The notes beneath the pieces were generated by a model. The model was not told the origin of the DNA. It did not search any database and worked only from the letters and a program-made list of their open reading frames with translations. Below are positions 1 through 8,835 of a DNA stretch of 64,000 nucleotides, one piece after another. The stretch's first letter is position 1. Each line of letters begins with the position of its first letter. A program made the translations under genes and the position numbers. Origin of the DNA: Methanomassiliicoccales archaeon (GTDB taxonomy: Archaea > Thermoplasmatota > Thermoplasmata > Methanomassiliicoccales > UBA472); NCBI GenBank assembly GCA_040768245.1, contig JAXGNA010000005.1, positions 36,716-100,715 of the forward strand, read 5' to 3'.

Positions 1-1
1 T

Positions 2-490
2 CCGGAATCACGCATCCTGGTGTTCACCCATTACCGGGACACCTGCGATCTGGTGGCCAACAAGCTCGGCAAGGTGGAAAGGGCCAAGGTGGCCAAGCTG
101 GTGGGCCAGTCGGACCGCAAGGGCGAGAAGGGATTGCGCCAGAAGGAGCAGGTCGGCGTCCTGCAGCGCTTCCGCGACGGGGAGTTCAATGTGCTGGTAG
201 CGACGTCCGTGGGAGAGGAGGGCCTGGACGTGGCCAGCACCGACCTGGTGATCTTTTATGAGCCGGTCCCGTCGGAGATACGCAGCATCCAGAGGCGCGG
301 CCGCACCGGTCGGTCGCGGGCGGGCAACGTGGTGATATTCATCACCCGGGGCACCCGGGATGAGGCGTACTACTACTCATCGCTGAACAAGGAGAAGGCC
401 ATGCGCCGCCGCCTGGAGACCATGAAGGACGAGCTGAGCGGTACCGCCGGAACTAAGCGGAAGGGGCAGAAGACCCTGGACGGTTTCTGA
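2..490 (+). CDS. hef: Hef/Mph1-type superfamily-2 helicase, C-terminal part (5' end outside window)
   Basis: Frame is open from the window edge. Helicase C-domain motifs visible in translation: ILVFTHYRDT, VLVATSVGEEGLDV, QRRGRTGR. Confidence 0.75.
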   Translation, partial: PESRILVFTHYRDTCDLVANKLGKVERAKVAKLVGQSDRKGEKGLRQKEQVGVLQRFRDGEFNVLVATSVGEEGLDVASTDLVIFYEPVPSEIRSIQRRGRTGRSRAGNVVIFITRGTRDEAYYYSSLNKEKAMRRRLETMKDELSGTAGTKRKGQKTLDGF

Positions 491-523
491 GCAGTTAAAT
501 AGGCGCAAACCGTTCGCATTAGC

Positions 524-2281
524 ATGCTGTTCCGGGAACTGGCCGACACCTACGAGAGGTTGGAGGCCACCTCCTCCAGGCTGGAGATGACCGACATCCT
601 GGCGGAGGCGTTCAAACGCTTCGACCCCTCGGAGATCAGGATGGCGGTGTACCTGACCCAGGGGCAGCTGTACCCTGATTTCAATCCCCTCAAACTGGGA
701 ATGGCCGACAAGATGATCCTGAAGGCCATAGCCTTCGCCTCCGGGGCCGGCGAACCCTTCGTCCAGGACCTCATGCTGAAGGAGGGCGACCCGGGCATCG
801 TGGCGCAGAAAGCGTTCCAGAACAAGAAGCAGACCACCCTGTTCTCGGAGCCGCTGACCCTGAAAAGAGCGTACGAGACCTTGGAGGGCATCGCGCGCTC
901 GGAAGGCGGCGGCTCCCAGGACCTCAAGATCAAGCTGATGTCCAAGCTGCTGAGCGACGCATCATCGTCGGAAGCGAAGTTCCTATCCCGGGTGATCACC
1001 GGGAGGATGCGCTTGGGCGTATCATCAATGACCGTGCTGGACGCTTTGGCCGTGGCGTTCGCGACCAAGGAGGACAGGGACGCCGTCGAGCGGGCGTTCA
1101 ACGTCTCCTCCGACCTCGGACTGGTCGCGGAGGAGATGGCCCTGCACGGGTTGGACGGGGTCAGGACCATCCATGTTCAGGTCAATCGTCCTCTGCGGGC
1201 CATGCTGGCCGAGCGGATGTCCTCCCCGGAGGAGATATTGGAGAAGATGGGCGGGACCTGCGCCTTCGAGTACAAGTATGACGGCGTGAGGCTCCAAGCG
1301 CACATCTGCAAGGGCGAGGTGCGATTGTTCTCACGCAAGCTGGACGAGCTGACCTCACAATTCCCGGACGTGGTGGCCGGTCTGAAACGCACGATGAGGG
1401 CGGAGAGCGCCATCGTGGAGGGGGAATGCGTTCCCGTCGACACGAACACCGGCGAGTTCCTTCCCTTCCAGGAGGTCTCGCATCGTCGCGGGCGCAAGTA
1501 TGGCGTTGAGGAAGCCATCGAAGAGTACCCGGTCAAGCTGTGCCTTTTCGACTGCATCCTGAAGAACGGCGAGGATCTGACGGACCGGCCGTTCCTGCAG
1601 CGCCGCCAGGCCCTGATGTCCATAGTGGAGCCGGACGATTCCGTTACGTTGTCGGAGATACGCGTGCTGTCCTCGGCGGAAGAGGCGCAATCGTTCTTCC
1701 AAGAGGCCATCAAGGACGGGTGCGAGGGACTGATGGCCAAATCCGTGGCCGATACGTCCGTGTATCGCGCCGGCAACCGCGGCTTCCTCTGGATCAAGTA
1801 CAAGAAGGAGTACCGTTCGGAGATGAACGACACGGTCGATCTGGTGGTCGTCGGCGCCTTCGCTGGGCGCGGCAAGCGCAAGGGGTTCTACGGGGCGCTG
1901 CTCATGGCCACCTACGATCCTGACGCCGACCGGTTCGAAACGGTGTCCAAGCTCGGCTCCGGCTTCGATGACGCGAACCTGGCCGCGCTGTTGGACCTGT
2001 TGTCCGCCGACCGCCTTCCAGAGAAGCATCATCTGGTGGAATCGAAGATGGAGGCCGATTTCTGGTTCACGCCGCGTCTGGTGCTGGAGGTCCGCGGGGC
2101 CGAGATCACGTTATCGCCGATCCACACCTGTTCCTTCGGCTCCGTGCGTCCCGATTCGGGGCTGGCCATTCGGTTCCCCCGTTTCACCGGGAAGTTCCGG
2201 GACGACAAGGAGGGAAGGGAGGCCACCACCAGCAAGGAGCTGCTGGCCATGTACCAGGCGCAGCTCAAGCGGGTGGAGTGA
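524..2281 (+). CDS. lig: ATP-dependent DNA ligase
   Basis: 585-aa ORF with adenylation motif EYKYDGVRLQAH (KxDG lysine), later ligase motifs EGLMAK and LWIKYKK, and a C-terminal OB-fold-like region. Confidence 0.95.
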   Translation: MLFRELADTYERLEATSSRLEMTDILAEAFKRFDPSEIRMAVYLTQGQLYPDFNPLKLGMADKMILKAIAFASGAGEPFVQDLMLKEGDPGIVAQKAFQNKKQTTLFSEPLTLKRAYETLEGIARSEGGGSQDLKIKLMSKLLSDASSSEAKFLSRVITGRMRLGVSSMTVLDALAVAFATKEDRDAVERAFNVSSDLGLVAEEMALHGLDGVRTIHVQVNRPLRAMLAERMSSPEEILEKMGGTCAFEYKYDGVRLQAHICKGEVRLFSRKLDELTSQFPDVVAGLKRTMRAESAIVEGECVPVDTNTGEFLPFQEVSHRRGRKYGVEEAIEEYPVKLCLFDCILKNGEDLTDRPFLQRRQALMSIVEPDDSVTLSEIRVLSSAEEAQSFFQEAIKDGCEGLMAKSVADTSVYRAGNRGFLWIKYKKEYRSEMNDTVDLVVVGAFAGRGKRKGFYGALLMATYDPDADRFETVSKLGSGFDDANLAALLDLLSADRLPEKHHLVESKMEADFWFTPRLVLEVRGAEITLSPIHTCSFGSVRPDSGLAIRFPRFTGKFRDDKEGREATTSKELLAMYQAQLKRVE

Positions 2282-2322
2282 TGTCAAAAGGTTTATAGCC
2301 CCCTCCCATATTGGTCCATTTC

Positions 2323-2598
2323 ATGGAGATCGAGCTCTTAGAGAAGGAAAAGGACTCCATCAAGGTCCGCATCAAGGGAGCGGACATGACGCTGATCACC
2401 CCCCTGGTGCAGGGATTGCTGGAGGACAAGGACGTGGCCGAGGTAAAGTACACCATCGGGCACTCCCAGATGGAAGACCCCACCCTCTACATCCGGGTCA
2501 AGACCGGCAAGCCCCAGTCGGCCTTGAAGAAGACGGCGAAGGCCCTGACCAACGAGTTCAAGGAGGCCAGGGACGCTTTGCAGAAGGACCTGAAGTAA
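2323..2598 (+). CDS. rpoL: DNA-directed RNA polymerase subunit L (Rpo11)
   Basis: About 91-aa product MEIELLEKEKDSIKVRIKGADMTLITPL...GHSQMEDPTLYIRVKTGKPQSAL fits the small archaeal Rpo11/RpoL pattern. An alternative ATG lies at 2311. Confidence 0.7.
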   Translation: MEIELLEKEKDSIKVRIKGADMTLITPLVQGLLEDKDVAEVKYTIGHSQMEDPTLYIRVKTGKPQSALKKTAKALTNEFKEARDALQKDLK

Positions 2599-2603
2599 TT
2601 TTC

Positions 2604-3905
2604 ATGGTGCAGCCCAGCGCGCAGCGCGAAAGGGAGATAGGGCTGGAGGTCTTTTTTTCCGACACCGCCGGCAGCGGCGGCAAGCTCAAGGCGGAGGCGG
2701 AGGACTTCATCGTGGACGAGGTGTCCAAGTACCCGCCGGAGAAACCGGATGGCAAGGTCTGCGTGGCTCGGGTCACCGCCACCAACTGGGAGACCAACCG
2801 TCTCGTCCGCCACATGTCCAAATCGCTGGGGATATCCCGCAACCGCATCGGGTTCGCAGGGACGAAGGATAAGCGCGCGGTGACCTCGCAGCTGATGTCC
2901 TTCGAGGCGCCCGTGGCCGACGTCATGGCCCTGCGGCTCTCGCAGGTCAAGGTGGAGGGCGGGTACATGGCCAAGCGCGGCATGACCATCGGAGACCTGG
3001 TCGGCAACAACTTCAGGATAAGGGTCCGGGACACCGTGCTCAGGGGCGAGGAGCTCCGTTCCTCGTTGCAGGGGACCGAATCATCCCTCAGGGAACTTGG
3101 CGGCTTCCCGAACTTCTTCGGGGTGCAGCGCTTCGGGACGGTGCGACCGGTGACCCACCTGGTCGGCAGGGCCATTGTCAAGGGCGACCTGGAACGGGCC
3201 GTGCTTCTCTACATCGGCAATCCAAGCGAGGAGGAGGACGAACGGTCCCGGGCGGCCCGCGAGGCTCTGCAGAGGGATAGGGATTACGCCGCGGCCCTGC
3301 GCGACTTCCCCTGGAAGCTGACGTTCGAAAGGATGGTCATCGGTTTCCTGGACCGCAACCCGGGTGATTTCGCCGGGGCGATATGCGTTCTGCCGCCGAA
3401 CCTGCAGATGATGTTCGTGCATGCCTACCAGTCATACCTTTTCAATCTGATCCTATCGGAACGGATGCGCCGCGGGATCCCATTGAACGCGCCGATCGTC
3501 GGCGACGTGGTGCTCCCGGCGGACAAGGATGGGAATCCCGATCATGACAAGCAGGTGCCGGTCACCAAGACCAACCTGGACCTGGTCGAGCGCCAGGTGC
3601 GGGACCGCCGGGCATTCGTCTCCGCTACCCTGTTCGGCTCGGAATCGGTGCTTGCCGAGGGAGAGATGGGCGAGATCGAGCGGGCGGCCATAGCCAAGGA
3701 AGGCCTTTCGCCAAAGGACTTCCTGGTGCCGGCCATACCGCATTGCTCCTCGCGCGGCTCACGACGCGAACTGGTCTGCGAGTACCGCGACCTTAGATTG
3801 GAGATCGCGGACGATGAGTACACCGCCTCCTTCTTCCTTGGAAAGGGCTGCTACGCCACGGTGCTCCTCCGGGAGCTCATGAAATCGGACATCTCCGATT
3901 ATTGA
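2604..3905 (+). CDS. truD: tRNA pseudouridine synthase D (TruD/Pus7 family)
   Basis: ATG at 2604. The 5' part of track ORF 1968-3905 is a spurious off-frame read-through over lig. TruD signature FAGTKDKRAVTSQ is present; product is 433 aa. Confidence 0.9.
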   Translation: MVQPSAQREREIGLEVFFSDTAGSGGKLKAEAEDFIVDEVSKYPPEKPDGKVCVARVTATNWETNRLVRHMSKSLGISRNRIGFAGTKDKRAVTSQLMSFEAPVADVMALRLSQVKVEGGYMAKRGMTIGDLVGNNFRIRVRDTVLRGEELRSSLQGTESSLRELGGFPNFFGVQRFGTVRPVTHLVGRAIVKGDLERAVLLYIGNPSEEEDERSRAAREALQRDRDYAAALRDFPWKLTFERMVIGFLDRNPGDFAGAICVLPPNLQMMFVHAYQSYLFNLILSERMRRGIPLNAPIVGDVVLPADKDGNPDHDKQVPVTKTNLDLVERQVRDRRAFVSATLFGSESVLAEGEMGEIERAAIAKEGLSPKDFLVPAIPHCSSRGSRRELVCEYRDLRLEIADDEYTASFFLGKGCYATVLLRELMKSDISDY

Positions 3906-6900
3906 TCACAGCCGGCTCCAGTCGCGCTCCTCGGGCTCGGACGGTGCCGGGGCCAGTTCCTCTGGCCTCTGGACCTTCCCGCCGAGCACGAAGCCGCAGC
4001 GAGGACACTTTCCGCCGCTCTGGCATTCCTTGCACAGCATGCTGCCGCAATTGGCGCAGGTCGATACGGCCAGACCGCCATGGAACAGGCACTTGCGCCC
4101 CTGCATGTCGTCCAGCTTCTCCGGCTTCTTCTTCTCCTTGGGAGGGTAGATGGAATCGTAGAGGAATCGTTCCTCCTGGCCGAAGAGACGCACCCCGTCG
4201 CGTTCGTAATGGTCGTTGATGTCAGGGAGCATGACCGCGTCCGGTCCCTTCTCCGGCCTCTTCTTGCGCGGCGGTTCCACGAACAGGTCGTCCGTGGGAC
4301 GCTGCGCCGGGGGCGTCCGCTGACCCTTGGACCGCGGCATCGGCGCCGGGCGCTCCCCGGTCTTCAGGGAACCTATTATCGCCAATATGTTGCGCGCCTT
4401 GTACACCCCGATGTTCAGCCCTTCCATCAACGAGAAGAGGTTGCGCTTCTCCTCTGGCATGTTGAGCGCGGTGCGCAATAGCTTCTCCGTCTCCTGGTCC
4501 GGCATCACGTAGGTGAAATCGATGTCGTTGACCCCTTCGATGTAGCCGAGCACGCGCTTGGCCTGGGCGATGTCCCTCTCCGGGAGCGACGAGTATACGT
4601 CAGAAAGGCCCAGCCCGCCCTGTCCGCTTCTTGCTGAACGGTAATACATCAGCAGGGCGGTGCGGGACTGCACCTCCAGGGAGGCGAACTCCCCGTCGGA
4701 CAGCTGCGCCGGGTCCACGTACTCGCGCTGCTCCAGGAAGGCGAACACCTCGTCCAGCATCTGATACGGTACGTTGGCTTCCCGGAACACCTCCTCCTTG
4801 CTCATCCTCCGTCCGTTGCGGTACTGGAACTCCAGCACCTTCCCGGCCATCTCCGCTATCTGCTTCTCCCTCTGCTTCGCATCGGCCATGCGCAGCCCCT
4901 CGTTGGCCGAGGTCATGTTGGGGTTCAGTTCCAGGGCCTTCTCGAAGCCGCGGCGCGCCTGATCGTAACGTCCTAAGCGCAGAAGGGCGAACCCTTTCCC
5001 GTTCCAGGCCGCCGGGTCGCTGGGATCGAGGCCGATGGCGTTGTCATAGCTCTTCAGCACCTCCTCGTCCCGCTTCAGCTTCTCGGCGATGTCCGCCCGC
5101 TCCATCCAGCCGTGGCGGTTGCGCGGGTCCATGGTCAACGAGCGGTCCAGCAGCTCCATGGCCTTGCCCGGGTTGCCGAGCTTGTCCTCGATGAGCGCCA
5201 TGCCTTCCAGTACCGAGGGCTCGTTGGGCTCCTTCTCCAGCGCTTTGGCGTAGGAGTCCATGGCGTCCTCCAGGCGTCCGAGCTCCTCCATGACCCGGCC
5301 GCGCATCTTGAATATCGAGAACTCGTCCGCGCCCAGGTCCAACGCCCGGTTCAGGCAGATCATGGCGTTCTCCATCTCCCCCAGGCGGAACAGGGCGTTT
5401 CCCTTGTACTTCCAGGTCTGGGCGTCATTGCGGTCCAACGCCAGCGCTTTATCGAACGCCCCCACCGCATCCTCCAGGCGATTGAGGGACGCCAAGGTCC
5501 GTCCGCGGTCGCTGTGGTAGCGGGGCACGGTGCTGTCCATGCTGATGCATTGATCGAACACGTTCAGCGCCAGGTCGTAGTTGCGCATCATCAGCAGCGC
5601 CCGGCCCTTTTGCGACAAAGCGTCCACATCGTGGTTCAGCTGGAAGGCGGTATCGTACGTCTCCGCCGCCTCGCCGTACTTGCCCAGGGACATGAGCACC
5701 CGGCCCTTGCCCTTGTGCGGCAGCGGGTCGGACTCGTCCAGCATTATGACCGCGTTGAAGGTGGACAAGGCCTCCTCCAGCCGCACCAGCTTCTCCAGCG
5801 CCCCGGCCTTGTCCAGCAGGGCGGACTTGTTGCGCGGGTCCAGACGCAGGATGTCCTCGCAGACCTTCAGTATCTCCCCGGGATCGCCCTTGGCCACTAC
5901 GGCGGACCTCTTGAGCTGCAGGACGCTCATGTCCCCCGGCTCGACCTCCAGAGCCCGGTCGTACGAACGCACCGCCTCCAGGAAGTTGCTGAGGCGGAAC
6001 TGGGCCATGCCGCGGTCCACCCAGGCCTGCTTGTTCTTGGGCTCGATCTTCACGATGCGATCGCATACCTTTACGATGTCCTCGTATCGGCCCAATGACT
6101 TCAGGCTGTTCTTCTTGGCCGTCAGGACCTCGATGTCCTTGGGCCCCATCTCCAGCGCTTTGTCGAAGGACCCTACCGCCTCCTCGTGCCGCGATAGTTT
6201 GGCCAGCACCTGGCCGCGCCGGGCGTGCACGAAGCGCCCCTCCTTGTCCAGGGAAAGCGCGTGATCGTAGCAGGCCAGGGCCTCCTCGTGCCTCTCCAGC
6301 CACTCCAGGGCGATGCCCTTGGATATCCAGACGTTCTTGTCCTTGGGGTCCAACGTTATGGCCTGATCGTAGCAGACGATGGCCTCCTCGAAGCGACGCA
6401 GGCTTTCCAGGCATAGCCCCTTCTGATAGACCAGCTTCTGCTCCTGCGGCGACAGGGCGATCGCCCTCTCATAGGCCTTGACCGCCTCCTCGAAGCGTTT
6501 GAGCATGAACAGCGAATCGGCCTGGATGCGCCAGAAGACCAGCCTGTCCGGGTCGTGCAGGGCGCCCTGCGCCGCTCTGGCCAAGGCCTCCTCGTACTTC
6601 TCCAGCGAGAAAAGCGCCACGGATATACCGGTGGAGGCGTCCACGTCGTTGTGGTCTATGGCGAGAACCTGACCGTAAAGGCTTATGGCCTCCTCCTTCC
6701 GCCCCAGCCGGTCGACGGCCACCGCCTTGTCGAAGAGGGCGGACTTGTCGTTCGGCTTCACTCGCAGCAGGCGGTCGCTCACCTCGGCCACGTCCTTGTC
6801 CCGGGCGGCCCGCTTGAAACACTCGCGCAGCGATTCTAACATGATGGCGTCGTCGGGCCAGATCTTCAACCCCCGTTCGAAGGTCTTGATGGCCTCCACC

Positions 6901-8198
6901 ACGTTGCCCAGGCCCAACTGGGCCTGCCCCAGGTCCTGGAAGGCCGGAAGGTGCTCGACCCTGATGGCCAGCTGGGCCTCGCTGATGGTGATGACCTCCT
7001 GGAACCGCTTGTGCTTGGCGTGCAGGGAACGCCGGCGGTCCAGCACCTCCAGGTCCTTCGGGAAGGCCGTCTGGGCCTTGTCCAGATATGCTTCGGCCTC
7101 CTTCTCAGCATCCAGCCCGAGGAAGGTGTCGATGATGAACAGAAGGGTGGAGGGGTCATTGGGTGCGAAATCGATCATCTCCTGCGCCGCCGCGTCCAGG
7201 CCGGCGAGGTCCTTCAATGCCGCCAGCACGTTCATTCTTCCCTTGAGCGCGGGGACATCGTCAGGCATGATCTCCTTGAGCCTCTCGTAGGAACGGAGGC
7301 TCTCCTCGTACCTACCCAGGTCCATCAGCAGACCGGCCACCTCGGACCAGCCGGCGACGCTCTCCGGGTCCGATCGCAGGACGTTCTTGTAGTGCTCGAT
7401 CGCTTTCGTCCCATCGCCGGCGGCCCGCGCCTTCCTGGCCATGGTCAGGTTGGCCGTGCGGTTGAAGGGGTCCCGCTGCAGCACCTCGTCCAGCAGGTCG
7501 TCCGCCTCCTCCTGTTTCTCCAGCGCCTGCAGGGCCTCCACCTTGATCATCATCAGGGTGAGGTCGTTCGGTGAGATCTTGAGGGCGGCGTCCAGTTCGT
7601 AGAGCGCCGATTCCGCCCGGTCCTTATGGATGAGGGCGGAGGCCTTTCTGCCCAGCCATAGAGGCCGGTCATCCGTCATCTCCAGTATCATGTCGTAGGT
7701 TTCCTCGTGGAGCGGATCGGCGTCCAGTGCCTTGAGGAGGGCCTGCATGGCCTCCCCCCGTCGGTCCAGCTTGATCAGGAGGTCCTTTCTCTGGATGTGG
7801 GCGTCGCGGTCGTTGGGGAAGCTGGCCACCAGCTCGTCCAGCAAGGCCAGGGCATCCTCGGGACGGCCCATCTTACGCAACGCGGAGACCTTCAGTTTTA
7901 TGCCCGGCACATCCTTCGGCAGGGCCTTGATGAAACGGTCCAGGACCTGCAACGCTACTGTGTTCACCCCTAGTTCCAGGTAAATATTGGTAAGGCGGGA
8001 TAATGCGGCCCTGTAATCGTTCAGGTTGGAAACGGTCTGGGGGTCCAGACCTTCCAGGGCGAGCCGGGCCCTGTCGGCTTCCGCCACGGCCTTGTCCGTC
8101 TCCTTCAACTGCAGGTGCTTGTCGGCCGCGTCCAATGATCTCACGGCCTTCTTGACGGCCCTCGCCTCCGCATCCAACAAGCTGTTCAACAGACCCAT
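3906..8198 (-). CDS. Giant TPR-repeat protein with C-terminal Cys-rich zinc ribbon
   Basis: 1430-aa ORF. About 1000 aa are contiguous 34-residue TPR-like units (e.g. EEALACYDHALSLDKEGRFVHARRGQVLAKLSRHEEAVGSFDKALEMGP). A basic/Pro-rich linker follows, then the terminal cluster CANCGSMLCKECQSGGKCPRCG. Confidence 0.85.
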   Translation of the reverse strand: MGLLNSLLDAEARAVKKAVRSLDAADKHLQLKETDKAVAEADRARLALEGLDPQTVSNLNDYRAALSRLTNIYLELGVNTVALQVLDRFIKALPKDVPGIKLKVSALRKMGRPEDALALLDELVASFPNDRDAHIQRKDLLIKLDRRGEAMQALLKALDADPLHEETYDMILEMTDDRPLWLGRKASALIHKDRAESALYELDAALKISPNDLTLMMIKVEALQALEKQEEADDLLDEVLQRDPFNRTANLTMARKARAAGDGTKAIEHYKNVLRSDPESVAGWSEVAGLLMDLGRYEESLRSYERLKEIMPDDVPALKGRMNVLAALKDLAGLDAAAQEMIDFAPNDPSTLLFIIDTFLGLDAEKEAEAYLDKAQTAFPKDLEVLDRRRSLHAKHKRFQEVITISEAQLAIRVEHLPAFQDLGQAQLGLGNVVEAIKTFERGLKIWPDDAIMLESLRECFKRAARDKDVAEVSDRLLRVKPNDKSALFDKAVAVDRLGRKEEAISLYGQVLAIDHNDVDASTGISVALFSLEKYEEALARAAQGALHDPDRLVFWRIQADSLFMLKRFEEAVKAYERAIALSPQEQKLVYQKGLCLESLRRFEEAIVCYDQAITLDPKDKNVWISKGIALEWLERHEEALACYDHALSLDKEGRFVHARRGQVLAKLSRHEEAVGSFDKALEMGPKDIEVLTAKKNSLKSLGRYEDIVKVCDRIVKIEPKNKQAWVDRGMAQFRLSNFLEAVRSYDRALEVEPGDMSVLQLKRSAVVAKGDPGEILKVCEDILRLDPRNKSALLDKAGALEKLVRLEEALSTFNAVIMLDESDPLPHKGKGRVLMSLGKYGEAAETYDTAFQLNHDVDALSQKGRALLMMRNYDLALNVFDQCISMDSTVPRYHSDRGRTLASLNRLEDAVGAFDKALALDRNDAQTWKYKGNALFRLGEMENAMICLNRALDLGADEFSIFKMRGRVMEELGRLEDAMDSYAKALEKEPNEPSVLEGMALIEDKLGNPGKAMELLDRSLTMDPRNRHGWMERADIAEKLKRDEEVLKSYDNAIGLDPSDPAAWNGKGFALLRLGRYDQARRGFEKALELNPNMTSANEGLRMADAKQREKQIAEMAGKVLEFQYRNGRRMSKEEVFREANVPYQMLDEVFAFLEQREYVDPAQLSDGEFASLEVQSRTALLMYYRSARSGQGGLGLSDVYSSLPERDIAQAKRVLGYIEGVNDIDFTYVMPDQETEKLLRTALNMPEEKRNLFSLMEGLNIGVYKARNILAIIGSLKTGERPAPMPRSKGQRTPPAQRPTDDLFVEPPRKKRPEKGPDAVMLPDINDHYERDGVRLFGQEERFLYDSIYPPKEKKKPEKLDDMQGRKCLFHGGLAVSTCANCGSMLCKECQSGGKCPRCGFVLGGKVQRPEELAPAPSEPEERDWSRL

Positions 8199-8310
8199 TC
8201 GCCCACCTATCCTGACTTGAATGGAGCCCGGACAATTAATATGTTTGTTGAGCTCTTGTTTTTTCAGATCGTCATACGTTTATTTGCTTTTTGTCTGACC
8301 ACTGTTCTTT

Positions 8311-8610
8311 TTGAAAAACCGGTCGACAAAGATGGTACGTAGCGATGCTGGATATGGTGAAGATAAGTTATATATACCCTGTGACACAATAACATTATTT
8401 GTCCGACGAAAGTCGGACGGACGGGATGCAAAAATGAGGCGAAATGAGGGTTCGCTCTCGGAACAGATGTTGGATGGTCACGCTGTTGAGTGGATGAAGA
8501 CCCACACCATCAGGGACCTGAAGCTGATGGCCTTCGAATTGGACCAGCAGGGACAGGAGACCATGGAGCTGTGGGACCTCATCAATGACCTGAAGATCAT
8601 GAGCCGTTAG
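8311..8610 (+). CDS. Hypothetical small protein (weak call, AT-rich flank of tRNA-Gly)
   Basis: ORF only. No recognisable motif; the first half has non-coding-like composition. An internal Met (MRRNEGSL...) is a more plausible start. Confidence 0.3.
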   Translation: MKNRSTKMVRSDAGYGEDKLYIPCDTITLFVRRKSDGRDAKMRRNEGSLSEQMLDGHAVEWMKTHTIRDLKLMAFELDQQGQETMELWDLINDLKIMSR

Positions 8611-8760
8611 GTTCGTGTGTTCCTGGAACGACTCTAGTGGAGAGTCCCCCCCCCCTTACACTTTCCACTAGCCTCTACCTTTTATTTTTTCTTCGCGCCG
8701 CCAGCTATTTTCCCCTTATGGAAGGGTTAAAATATTGAATCTCTATTATGACGGCACCGC

Positions 8761-8835
8761 GCAGGTGTAATCTAGCGGTCAGGATTTTAGCCTTCCAAGC
8801 TAACTACTCGGGTTCGAATCCCGACACCTGCACCA
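8761..8835 (+). tRNA. tRNA-Gly (anticodon UCC), CCA encoded
   Basis: Hand-folded cloverleaf. Acceptor GCAGGTG/CACCTGC, D stem ATCT/GGAT, anticodon stem TTAGC/GCTAA with loop CTTCCAA (TCC), T arm TCGGG-TTCGAAT-CCCGA, discriminator A at 8832, CCA at 8833-8835. Confidence 0.9.
8814..8833. repeat. attL: 20-bp direct repeat (3' end of tRNA-Gly)
   Basis: TCGAATCCCGACACCTGCAC is identical to 15027-15046. Confidence 0.85.

Noticed and set aside
1968-2603. 5' two-hundred-codon extension of the 645-aa track ORF (would make a much longer TruD)
   Set aside because: It overlaps the 3' third of lig and all of rpoL in other frames. The translation is Arg/Pro/Trp/Gly-rich low-complexity typical of off-frame high-GC DNA, and the TruD homology starts at Met 2604.
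8611-8760. Poly-C tract (about 8646-8656) and the AT-rich stretch upstream of tRNA-Gly, considered as a remnant of a second integration event
   Set aside because: No second att-like repeat, integrase fragment or tRNA fragment was found. A TTAAAATATT box about 25 nt upstream of the tRNA explains part of the AT-richness as a promoter.
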